Source: Fibrobacteria bacterium
GTDB taxonomy: Bacteria; Fibrobacterota; Fibrobacteria; UBA11236
Direction of reading: 5' to 3'
Length of the DNA: 64,000 bases
NCBI GenBank assembly: GCA_041746255.1
Contig: JBGTHM010000005.1
Span: forward strand, 64,001 to 128,000
Part shown: positions 1 through 9,700 of the stretch, piece by piece
Position numbering within the stretch: the first letter of the stretch is position 1
How the letters are laid out: each line of letters opens with the position of its first letter
Made by a program: the position numbers and the translations under genes
The notes under the pieces: model-generated
What the model saw: the letters and a program-made list of their open reading frames with translations, nothing else
Databases searched by the model: none
What the model was told of the DNA's origin: nothing

Positions 1-349
1 GCTGGATGCTGGTTTCAACCGCTTCGGGTGCGAAAAAGTCGGGATCGTTAGATCGCATGCTTCCACTGATATCTACCGCGAATACCACGTCCACAGGCTG
101 GACCGCGCCGGTTACACTGGGCGCACAAATCGACAATCCATCATTATCAATGCGAGTGGTATTTGAGGGTACCTGGATGGTTTGACCGTTCAATGCCGCC
201 ACATCGAGGCATTGCTTGGTACTTCCCTGCAGCGCCGACTCGAGGTCGCAGCGGACCTGCGTAAAAGTCGAGTAGGGAGCCAAGGCCAAAAACATAACCG
301 AAAGAGCCACATTGCCCAAAATTTTTTTTTGGAGGGAATGGTCAAACAT
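1..349 (-). CDS. Secreted VWA-domain protein (5' part; runs off the window edge)
   Basis: Manual translation from ATG 349: MFDHSLQKKILGNVALSVMFLALAP...PVDVVFAVDISGSMRSND. Signal-like N-terminus and MIDAS DxSxS motif; frame open to base 1; not in the ORF track. Confidence 0.75.
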   Translation of the reverse strand, partial: MFDHSLQKKILGNVALSVMFLALAPYSTFTQVRCDLESALQGSTKQCLDVAALNGQTIQVPSNTTRIDNDGLSICAPSVTGAVQPVDVVFAVDISGSMRSNDPDFFAPEAVETSIQ

Positions 350-605
350 ATTTAGTCTACCCCTTCAATATTTTTCGATGGGAGTCGGAACGAATCCGTT
401 ACTCCAACCTTTTCCAGCCTGGAAAGCCACCCCTGTTCCGATTCCCGAGTACCGGATGAGCTGTAAATCCAGTTTGGCTAGCTTAATGTAGGGCACTCCC
501 TTCCAAGACGCAAGTAATTCCTACTCTAAATTATGCTTACACTATGTACCTATTCCCTCTTTTTGCTACTTTTTAGTCTTGCACTACCCGACCAAGCGTT
601 TTTTT

Positions 606-1772
606 ATGCAAAAAACCCATATCACGGCGCTAATCCTTTTCACCCTATCCGGATTACTTGGGGGCTGTGCGCATAGACCCCAATCCGGTGATTCCCACCA
701 GACAACTTCCCAAAACCTCAAGTTGAGCCGGTTCGATGCCCAAGCCTTAAGCGAATCGGCTCCCAAACGCGCCCGCGCCCAAATGGCGCCTGCGCCTGCC
801 ATGGAAGGCCAATCGGAATACGACCAAATGGACGAGGCGCCGGATGAATCCACCGAGCGCATGGTAGCCCATACCGGTGAGATTGAAATGCGTTCCACCG
901 AACCGAAAGCCGTTTTGGACACTGCCACCCATGTGATCTTGTCAGCGGGGGGTTATGTTGAAGAAAAACACGCGCATTTCGCCGTATTCCGGGTTCCGAC
1001 TCCTCATTTCGATACCGTTTTCGCCCGAATTCTCTTACTGGGACAGGTTGAGCGGCATTCCCGCCGCGCGGATGATATTACCGAAGCCTATACCGACAAC
1101 GATTTGCGTATCCGTACCATCCAAAAAACCCTTACGCGTCTGAGGGAATTGGTGAACCTGGCCAAAAAGGACAAGGAGAAAATTCAACTCCTGGCGGAAA
1201 TGAAGCGTCTCAGCGAACAGCTGCAATACCTGGAAAAAAGCCAGACGTTACTCAAAACCCGCGCCGAATACGCTCTCATCCGGGTCACAGTCAACCCCTA
1301 TCCCCTGGCTCCGGTGGTGCTCGACGTCCCGCTCTCCGGATTCGAATGGATAAGCACCCTCGGGCCCTTCGAGCGCGTCAAGCGGGGAAAACGCCTTCGC
1401 TTCGCAACACCGGAAAACATGGTGGTTCTGGAAAGGGGAGGCGCGAAAAATCCCTGGACGCTCGCCAGCGCCGGTGGAACCGCCGTCTGGGCTTCACGCT
1501 TGAAAAACCGTCCGCGCGGAGACACGCCTTATTGGAAACTTGCAGTTGCGGGAAGGCTGAAAGACTTGTACCAAGGCACCGAAGAATTGCAGGCGGGCGA
1601 TTATACCGTGCTGCGCTTTTTGGCGCAGGGACCCATTCCCTATGTCTATTTGGTCGGCCTCAAAACGGAGAAAAAATGCTTGCATGTGGTGGAGGCGTAT
1701 TTCCCGAATGCCGAGGAAGAAAACCGCTATGGGAAAGCCCTGCAGGAAAGTCTGAAAGCGGGGGCGTTATGA
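606..1772 (+). CDS. DUF4349-domain lipoprotein with extra C-terminal domain
   Basis: Lipobox LLGGC; DUF4349-like pattern (GGYVE...FRVP...DITEAYTDNDLRIR coiled coil). ATG 606 preferred to TTG 579. Confidence 0.75.
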   Translation: MQKTHITALILFTLSGLLGGCAHRPQSGDSHQTTSQNLKLSRFDAQALSESAPKRARAQMAPAPAMEGQSEYDQMDEAPDESTERMVAHTGEIEMRSTEPKAVLDTATHVILSAGGYVEEKHAHFAVFRVPTPHFDTVFARILLLGQVERHSRRADDITEAYTDNDLRIRTIQKTLTRLRELVNLAKKDKEKIQLLAEMKRLSEQLQYLEKSQTLLKTRAEYALIRVTVNPYPLAPVVLDVPLSGFEWISTLGPFERVKRGKRLRFATPENMVVLERGGAKNPWTLASAGGTAVWASRLKNRPRGDTPYWKLAVAGRLKDLYQGTEELQAGDYTVLRFLAQGPIPYVYLVGLKTEKKCLHVVEAYFPNAEEENRYGKALQESLKAGAL

Positions 1773-2449
1773 CCCATTCCGCCCGTGCGTTTAACTCCGT
1801 CGCAAGTAGGTTACCCCTGGGGTCGATGCTGTTGGCTATATGCCTGATCCTTCCCCAGCTCACGACCGCCAAGGATGCCGCCACCTTACCCGTGCGACCC
1901 GGACCTGCGCATACCTCCATATCCGCCACCAGCACGCTGATTACCCCGGACCGCGAAGCCGCGGCGAAGCGTATCATCGAAAAAACCAAGGCATTTCGCG
2001 GCTGGTTTCTCACGCACGACCAACACCGGTTGGAATTGCAGGTCCCGGCCCATCAAGCCGAAGCCCTGCTCGACTTCGCGCAAACCCAGGGTCATCAAGT
2101 CGACCGCAGCTTTTCCACCCTCGATAATTCGCAGCAGTGGTTGCAAGCCAAGTCTTCACTGGAAGCCAAGGAAGGATTGTTGGAAGACTACATGGCTATC
2201 CTGTCGAAAGCCGAAACCGAATCGATTTTCGCGGTGGAGCGCGCCATCAACGAGCTGCGCGCCGAAATCGAAGCCGCCAAAGGCCGACTCCGAAAAGTCG
2301 AACATGACATCGCTTATGCCCGCATCAACGTGTATTTCCGATTCCCGGACCGCCCCGAACCCGCGCGCGACGCAGCCTCTTCTTTTGACTGGGTGAACCG
2401 TCTCAACCTCGCCGATCTCTTGGAGGACTTCCGCCATGTCAAAGACTAG
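1769..2449 (+). CDS. DUF4349-domain secreted protein
   Basis: ATGA overlap with the upstream stop; signal peptide; LQVP...coiled coil...YARINVYF pattern parallel to the upstream gene. Confidence 0.7.
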   Translation: MTHSARAFNSVASRLPLGSMLLAICLILPQLTTAKDAATLPVRPGPAHTSISATSTLITPDREAAAKRIIEKTKAFRGWFLTHDQHRLELQVPAHQAEALLDFAQTQGHQVDRSFSTLDNSQQWLQAKSSLEAKEGLLEDYMAILSKAETESIFAVERAINELRAEIEAAKGRLRKVEHDIAYARINVYFRFPDRPEPARDAASSFDWVNRLNLADLLEDFRHVKD

Positions 2450-2885
2450 GAAGGCACTCTTGGCGCTGCTTCCCCTGCTCTTGCTGGGATGCGCCTCTTT
2501 CCGGGCTCCCGCGCCGGACGGTTTCGCGCCCTATGCAAATGAGCGAACCTTTCGCGCCGTCAGCGCGGACGGAGTCGTTTATCGCGTTAAGACTTTGAAG
2601 AACGACCCCAAAGCCGACCTGGCTTTCTGGCAAGAGGCCGTCAAGACTCGAATGGAAAAGGCGGGATATAAAATCGTGTCCGATTCCACGCTTAAGCTCC
2701 AGGGAAGCGAAGCCACCCTGCTGGAGTTGGCCGCTCCTTTCGGTGATCGCGATTACAGCTACCTGATTGCCCTGGCCATAAGCGGGAAGAAAATTCTCCT
2801 GGTGGAATCCGCGGGGGATATGCGCGATTTCGCTCCCCGAAAAGCGGCGGTGCTTCAGGCCGTTCGTGACATCCGCTTTCAATAA
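2436..2885 (+). CDS. Small lipoprotein, paralogue of the C-terminal domain of 606..1772
   Basis: Lipobox LLLGC; GGAGGA SD; overlaps the upstream gene; LKNDPKADLAFW vs LKNRPRGDTPYW similarity. Confidence 0.75.
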   Translation: MSKTRKALLALLPLLLLGCASFRAPAPDGFAPYANERTFRAVSADGVVYRVKTLKNDPKADLAFWQEAVKTRMEKAGYKIVSDSTLKLQGSEATLLELAAPFGDRDYSYLIALAISGKKILLVESAGDMRDFAPRKAAVLQAVRDIRFQ

Positions 2886-2945
2886 CCACATCTGCATCCG
2901 ATATTTTAATTCAACTGGCTTAATCCAAATTACGGAAATAAGGGT

Positions 2946-3443
2946 TTAATACCGAAGGTTCTCAATTTCTGGCCCCATTGTACAGTCGTCTGCGCAGTTA
3001 TAGGGACGGTACTGGCAGCGCGCAAGAATTCCATTTTTGGAAAATACCAGAGTTACCTCATTTTTTTTGCGTGGGAGGGTCAGCACCGAATCAATGCAGA
3101 AAGCGTATTGTTCATCTATGGTTCTGTAGTCCCCTTTGTTTTCAATTGATACTGTGTCGTACCGGACCTTATTTTGCAGTTTTAGTTTTTCCTCACCGGA
3201 GCCCGAATAAATGTGTATTTCGTACATCACATTGTTCCGAACAATAAATTCATACCGACTTCGACTTCCCGTCCAACTGGAATAGCTAGTTTCATAAGTG
3301 TAATTGCCTCCGTGCTTAGCCTTCAACTCTTCCCAAACAGCCCGACTTTCCTCGATATCCGCCACATATCTGGGTTTTAATCCATTGTCGTCCGTACATC
3401 CAAGCAGTAGCCACAGAATATTGAGGACAACCAATTTTTTCAT
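2946..3443 (-). CDS. Lipoprotein, DUF6174-like
   Basis: MKKLVVLNILWLLLGC lipobox; W..LK....NYTY, TIDE and C-terminal ADD motif; AT-rich. Confidence 0.6.
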   Translation of the reverse strand: MKKLVVLNILWLLLGCTDDNGLKPRYVADIEESRAVWEELKAKHGGNYTYETSYSSWTGSRSRYEFIVRNNVMYEIHIYSGSGEEKLKLQNKVRYDTVSIENKGDYRTIDEQYAFCIDSVLTLPRKKNEVTLVFSKNGILARCQYRPYNCADDCTMGPEIENLRY

Positions 3444-3476
3444 GTGATGAAAGTCGCCTCGCATGTTTTTTTTCCT

Positions 3477-3593
3477 TTACGTTCCCGCTTTTTCTCTGAT
3501 AAGTTGAAAGGCAAGGGCGGAATCGTTTTCCAAATGGTCTGGAGAGGCCGGCTCCAGCTTGATCAAAATGGTCGTGTCAACAATAAATTTCAC
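3477..3593 (-). pseudogene. Truncated PIN-domain N-terminus (38 aa)
   Basis: GTG 3593: MKFIVDTTILIKLEPASPDHLENDSALAFQLIREKAGT*. Matches the PIN-fold start motif hhhDT(N)hhh, then stops. Confidence 0.45.
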
Positions 3594-3780
3594 GCATTGA
3601 AAACCTAGGTTTTATTCATATCCTTTCAATGTGTTGCTCATCACCCCATAATGAGAATCCCTATGACGAATCGGGACCTGATATCCATTCTCATTTTGTG
3701 AACGATAATTCCCATAGGTGTCCTTAAAAATGGCCTTTTTGGGGTTATTATAAAGTATCGCACTCACAAAAGGATATCCT

Positions 3781-4623
3781 ATTCCGGATTTATTCCAGTA
3801 CACCGATTATCGCCTATTTTTACGCGATTACTATACCGAGAAAAAGGCGGCGTCCAAAAATTTCTCTTTTCAGAACTTTTCCCGCAAAGCCAAAATCGCC
3901 AGCAGCGGCTTTCTCCTGCATGTAATGAATGGAGAGCGGAACCTCACTCGCCCGGTACTCTTGAGAGTGGCCGAAGCCATGGAATTGGATCGTCCCCGCA
4001 CGGAATATTTCGAAGACCTGGTTTCTTTCAATCAAGCCAAGACCCAAACCGAAAAGGAATTCTACTTCGGCAAGATCATGGCCATTCGTCAATCCGTTCA
4101 AGTAAAATCACTCGAAGACCGGCAATACGAATTTTTTTCGGAGTGGTACCACTCCGTCATCCGTGAATTGGTGACGATTCTCCCAAAAGGATCTTCCACC
4201 GCGAGTATGGCAAAAAGGGTGGTTCCGGGAGTTTCGGCTTCGCAAGTGAAGCGTTCTTTGGAACTCATGCTGGAACTTGGAATCCTGAAAAAGAAACCAG
4301 GAGGCTCATACGTCCAAAGCGATCCGTTTATCGGGGGAGCGACGCAATCGATAACCGACCTGGGCATTACCCGCTTCCAAAAATCAATGCTGCAGGTGGC
4401 ATCGCAGTCCTGGGAGAACTTTTCCGAAAAAGAAGTCAAGACAAGTACCGTCACCTTTACCATGTCGGATGCCTTAGCGCCCGTCATCGCTCAGGAAATA
4501 AAAGCCTTTCGCGCGCGCCTGTTGCATCTAATCCAACACGATGACAAACCCGCGAACCGCGTCTATCACCTCAACGTCCAACTGTTTCCCGTTTCCAGGA
4601 AAACCGGAGAGGAGCATTCATGA
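3781..4623 (+). CDS. TIGR02147-family HTH protein (probable ATT start)
   Basis: Frame open from 3754. IPDLFQYTDYRLFLRDYY...FSFQNFSRKA..SSGFLLHVMNGERNL, FFSEWYHSVIREL and VYHLNVQLFPVS are family hallmarks. AAAGGA SD lies just upstream of ATT 3781. Confidence 0.8.
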   Translation: MPDLFQYTDYRLFLRDYYTEKKAASKNFSFQNFSRKAKIASSGFLLHVMNGERNLTRPVLLRVAEAMELDRPRTEYFEDLVSFNQAKTQTEKEFYFGKIMAIRQSVQVKSLEDRQYEFFSEWYHSVIRELVTILPKGSSTASMAKRVVPGVSASQVKRSLELMLELGILKKKPGGSYVQSDPFIGGATQSITDLGITRFQKSMLQVASQSWENFSEKEVKTSTVTFTMSDALAPVIAQEIKAFRARLLHLIQHDDKPANRVYHLNVQLFPVSRKTGEEHS

Positions 4624-6401
4624 ACCCGATATCCCGCCTCCAAAAATTTTCTATCGGCCTGGCGGCAATGCTGCTGGTCGCATGCAATTCCGAGGAACCC
4701 AACGTCACTGGAACGGGGTCTACCACCGAATCGGGCGTAGTGGTGGGACAAATTTTTTCACACGCGGATGGAAAACCCGTTTCCGGAGCCAGGGTCGCGC
4801 TGTATCCCGTCGATCATGTACCTGCAGCTATTCTCCGCAAATCTTCGGCAACCGTGGAAGGAATTACCGATGAAAATGGATGGTACCGGTTTAAAAACGT
4901 ACCGGCGGGTCATTACAATGTCGCGGCCTCGAAAGACAGCCTAAAATCCTATCAGGACTCCTTGGAAATCCTGGAGTCGGGAACGGACGCCGGAATCGAT
5001 ACCCTAAAAGAAACCGGTTCGCTGGCGGGTCACATCGAAATGCAGTCCGGGGATGACGCCCGCACGGTGCTGATCCTGGTTCTCGGCACCAATTCCCTGT
5101 TCGTGCCTCAAGATGCGTCAGGGCACTTCACGCTTCGCGGTTTGGCCGGAGGAAAATACCGGGTGCGGTTTCTCAGTACGCTTTCTGACTATTCGCCGCT
5201 CGATACGATGGTGGAAATCCGGCAGGGCAAATCCGATAGCCTGGAAAATCCCATACGGCTCAATTATACGGGAACCCCCGCGGTACAGGGTCTCAAGGCG
5301 GAGTGGGATGGCGATTTGCAGAGAGTTCTCTTGAGTTGGCATCCCACCGATACCGCCCAAATCGCCGGGTACTATGTCTACCGCGCCGCCGGAAATGGCT
5401 CCATCGGTTCGATACCGCTCAATGCCGACCCTATTCCGGATACGTCGTTCTCGGATACCACGGCGAAGGTGGACAGCCAATACGTTTATGCGGTGAAAGC
5501 CGTGGACAAAAACGGAAACCCTTCGCTAATGCTCTCCTCCGTCGCCAGTGTCGCCACCCCGGCGAATTACACCTTTTCCCGGAAAATCGTTCCCGAAGGG
5601 TGGTCGCACGGTTTGACAACGCTGTCAGTGAACGCGGGAAAAATATATTGGATGCAAGACCAGCAGGTGGCGGTTTACGATACATCGGGCGTCCTCGTGT
5701 CGACATTCGGTTCCGACCATCCCGGAGAGCTGAACCAACCCATGCTTCTCAAAGTGATTCACGACACAGTTTATGTGCTGGATAATCCCGAGGGAATGAC
5801 GCGGCACGATAACAAATTCGGAGACATCGTAATCAAAAAATATTCGCCGCAGGGAACCTTTATGGATAGTCTTTCCATCAAAGGCATTTTTCAATCATTG
5901 TTTCGAAGTAACGGGGATTTTTGGATAACTGAGGACGGTGTGTTATTCGCGGGTAGCGATGACATGCTTTACGTGCGCCATCCCGATGGGAACATCGATT
6001 CAGTCCAATCCACGGTGCGGCCTCCTTTTTTCAATATTACCCTCGCTTGGGCGCCGGATGAAGACCGCCTCCTGGTGATAAGCGGAATTTTCATTTATAC
6101 GCTCGGCACGGGCGGCACGGGCGACACTCGCATCGCGGTGATCGAAAAGGATTTGTCGCTGGCAAGGCTGGACTCGGCCACGTACAAATTGAACGCCGCC
6201 ACGGTTGACGATACCGGAAGGATTTGGGTGGTGCGCGATGATGCAAGGATACAAACCTTGACGAATAATCGTGAAGTCATCCGGAATATTTCTTTGCCGA
6301 AGGCCGAATACCGGGATATTGTAATCGACGAGGAGGACAATATTTATTTATACAATTCCACCCCAAATGCCATACTGATTTACAGAAAACGGGAAAAGTA
6401 G
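4620..6401 (+). CDS. Lipoprotein with carboxypeptidase-regulatory-like (Ig) domains, FN3 and a probable beta-propeller
   Basis: Lipobox LLVAC; GSTTE linker; TDENGWYRF; LSW...GYYVYR...YVYAVKAVD FN3 motif; ATGA overlap with the TIGR02147 gene. Confidence 0.75.
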   Translation: MNPISRLQKFSIGLAAMLLVACNSEEPNVTGTGSTTESGVVVGQIFSHADGKPVSGARVALYPVDHVPAAILRKSSATVEGITDENGWYRFKNVPAGHYNVAASKDSLKSYQDSLEILESGTDAGIDTLKETGSLAGHIEMQSGDDARTVLILVLGTNSLFVPQDASGHFTLRGLAGGKYRVRFLSTLSDYSPLDTMVEIRQGKSDSLENPIRLNYTGTPAVQGLKAEWDGDLQRVLLSWHPTDTAQIAGYYVYRAAGNGSIGSIPLNADPIPDTSFSDTTAKVDSQYVYAVKAVDKNGNPSLMLSSVASVATPANYTFSRKIVPEGWSHGLTTLSVNAGKIYWMQDQQVAVYDTSGVLVSTFGSDHPGELNQPMLLKVIHDTVYVLDNPEGMTRHDNKFGDIVIKKYSPQGTFMDSLSIKGIFQSLFRSNGDFWITEDGVLFAGSDDMLYVRHPDGNIDSVQSTVRPPFFNITLAWAPDEDRLLVISGIFIYTLGTGGTGDTRIAVIEKDLSLARLDSATYKLNAATVDDTGRIWVVRDDARIQTLTNNREVIRNISLPKAEYRDIVIDEEDNIYLYNSTPNAILIYRKREK

Positions 6402-6746
6402 GAGGGGACCCGAGATGCGGTATGGGTTTGGAGACCCTACTCAAATTGCGGATAGCAGAATTGAGCAAATTTCGTGAATTAGGGTGCATTTTTGGCGTTT
6501 CCGGCTTGTTTTAGCCATACTCAAATTGAGTATAGTGATAAAAAAGGGACCCGATTAAGGGCCGTTACCTCCAGGATAAGGGTGGATACAGCCCTTTTTT
6601 CCAAATGCCTCCAGTGCAATTTTTTGCAAGTCACGCAGGTCTCCTGGTTTTGGGCAATTCCTCTGAACGGGCCCGAATTCTTTCACACGCATATACTGTA
6701 CAAATGAGCAGCTTATCGTATATTGAAAAGAAGCCTGGAATGCCGC

Positions 6747-9700
6747 ATGGAAAAGCCCCTCAACCCAGAACTGTCCCGGAACTCGCCTCAGCGCTCCCCT
6801 AGTCCCACATCTCTCTCGCACTTCCACCCCGCCATCGCGGATTGGTTTACGAACCATCTCGGCGACCCCACTCCCGTACAAGCTGAAGCCTGGCCGGCCA
6901 TCCGTTCAGGCCACCACACCCTTATCGCCGTCCCCACCGGCTCCGGCAAAACCCTGGCCGCATTTCTGTGCCTAATCGACGACCTTCTCAAGCAATCGCT
7001 TGAGGGCACGCTTCCCGACCGTACCCTAGCGGTTTACATCTCGCCGCTCAAAGCCCTGTCCAACGACATCGAAAAAAACCTCCAGCGCCCCTTACGCGAC
7101 ATCCAGGAAGCCCTGTTCAAGCGAAACCTCGCCCATGTCAACATCCGCGTCGCGGTTCGCACCGGCGATACCACGCCTTATGAGCGCGCTTCCATGCTCA
7201 AAACGCCGCCGCATATTCTCATCACCACGCCCGAATCCTTATACCTGCTTGTCACCAGCGAAAAAGGCCGCCGCATGTTGCGCGGCGTCAAGGTGCTTAT
7301 CGCCGACGAAATCCATGCCATGGTGCAAGACAAACGCGGTTCGCATCTGGCGCTTACTTTCGAAAGGCTCTGCGCCCTGGCGGAGGGCCCCATTACCCGT
7401 ATCGGACTTTCGGCGACCCAACGACCAATATATGAGGTGGCGCGCTTTTTGATCGGCGCGGCAAAGGGCGCAAACCCGCCAACCCCTGGGGCAACCGAAG
7501 CGAACGGTGAGTCCATCGCAGGTTCCCATACCGATTCCCCTATCGATTGCACCATCATTGACGCCGGACACAAACGCCAACTTGATCTCGCGGTCGAAGT
7601 TCCCGACTCCCCGCTTTCCGCCGTCATGGCCGCCGAAGTCTGGGACGAAGTCTATGCAAAGGTCGAAAGACTTATCACAGAACACCGTACCACGCTTATC
7701 TTCGTAAACACCCGGCGTCTGGCCGAGCGCGTTTCCCATCGCCTCAGCCAATCGCTGGGAGAAGAGAAAGTCGGCGCGCACCATGGCAGCATGTCGAAAG
7801 AAAGGCGCTTATCCGCCGAGACCCGGCTCAAGTCGGGCGAGTTGTCGGTGCTGGTGGCCACCGCTTCCATGGAACTGGGTATCGACATCGGCACGGTGGA
7901 TCTGGTCATCCAAATCGGCTGCCCTAAATCCATCGCCGCGTTCTTGCAGAGAGTAGGACGCTCGGGCCATAGCGTGCGCGGGCTTCCCAAAGGCCGCCTG
8001 TTTCCTTTGACGCGCGACGAATTGGTCGAAGCCGCGGCCCTGCTCGACGCGGTAAGGCGCGGCGAACTCGACGTGTTGGAAATTCCGCAAAAGCCGCTGG
8101 ACATTCTGGCGCAGCAAATCGTCGCCGAAACCGCTTGCCGCGAATGGGACGAGAACGAACTTTTTGAAACCTTCAAGCGCGCCTACGCTTATCGCAATCT
8201 GGAGCGCAAGCAATTCGACGAATTGGTGACCATGCTGTCCCAGGGTTATCACCTCCGGCGCGGCTATCGGCAGGCCCTGCTCCATCATGACGCCGTCAAC
8301 GGACTATTGCGGGCAAGACCCGGCGCGCGCCTTACCGCCTTGACCAATGGCGGAGCCATACCCGACACCTTCGATTACGATGTGCGTATGGATCCCGAAA
8401 ACATCCAAGTCGGTACCGTGAACGAAGACTTCGCCATTGAAAGCATGCCCGGCGACATCTTTCAACTCGGAAACTCCTCTTGGCAAATTCTTCGCGTGGA
8501 AGGCAGTACCGTGCGCGTGGCCGACGCCCAAGGACAGCCGCCCACGATTCCGTTCTGGTTGGGCGAAGCTCCGGGGCGCAGCCGCGAGTTCTCGCAAGCC
8601 GTGTCGCGCCTGCGCGAAGAAGTATGCGAAAATCTGGGCCCCCTTCGCGAATTGGAAGCCCTGCTGGCGCTCCCCGAAAACCAAGCTCCCGTAGGCGCGC
8701 AACCGGGAGGCCTGGCCCCCATCGAGAGTAGCGAAGGGGTTACCCTACCCTCCGGAAGCGCTTGGAAAGCGCGCGCGCTTGCCTGGCTTACCGACGAAGT
8801 GAAACTCTCCCCCGCCGCCGCCGATCAACTCGTCGATTATCTCGCCGCGGCCTGGCTCGCGCTTTCGGCCATGCCCAGCCATAAAACCATCGTGCTGGAG
8901 CGATTTTTCGACCAGGCAGGCGACATGCACCTGGTCGTACACGCGCCCTTCGGGGCCCGCATGAATCGCGCCTGGGGCCTGGCCCTGCGCAAGCGCTTCT
9001 GCCGCCAATTCAATTTCGAATTGCAAGCGGCCGCCACCGAAGACAGCATCGTCTTGTCGCTGGGACCCACGCACAGCTTTCCCCTGGCCGAGGTGGCGCA
9101 ATACCTCAAGTCCGGCAACGTGCGCCACATCCTTATCCAGGCCATGCTCGACGCACCCATGTTCAACGTGCGCTGGCGCTGGAATGCCTCCCGCGCCTTG
9201 GCCGTGCTGCGCAACCGCGGCGGCAAACGCGTGCCTCCGCAATTGCAACGCATGGCCGCCGAAGACCTGGTAGCGCAGGTGTTTCCCGATCAAATCGCCT
9301 GTTTCGAAAACATCAAAGGCGAAAGACAGGTTCCCGATCATCCCCTGGTGGAGCAGACCATCGGCGATTGCCTCAATGAGGCCATGGACATAGAGCGCCT
9401 CGAAGAGCTGTTGCGCGCCCTCGAAGCGGGCGAGGTCAAGGTGGAGGCGCGCGACTTGCGCGAGGCCTCGCCCCTGGCGCAGGAAATCTTAAGCGCGCGT
9501 CCTTACGCCTTCCTGGATGACGCGCCCCTGGAAGAGCGCCGCACCCGAGCCGTCCAGTCGCGGCGCTTCCTGGATCCCCGCGAAGCCGCCTCCCTCAGCC
9601 GACTCGACCCCGAAGCCATCGCCGCCGTGAAGGCCGAAGCTTGGCCCCAGCCGCGCAACGCCGACGAATTGCACGATGCGCTCTTGCTCAGCGGCTATCT

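Noticed and set aside
350..578. Riboswitch upstream of the VWA gene
   Set aside because: A hairpin is present (TTTCCAG-C-CTGGAAA) but I recognise no aptamer consensus; an Rfam search would settle it.
1346..1768. N-terminal extension of the second DUF4349 ORF
   Set aside because: Lies wholly inside gene 606..1772; ATG 1769 with ATGA coupling and a signal peptide fits better. Similar over-extensions were trimmed for lepA, trpA, recN and others.
3612..3803. 63-aa minus-strand ORF
   Set aside because: No motif, and it overlaps the SD and start of the TIGR02147 gene; cannot be supported.
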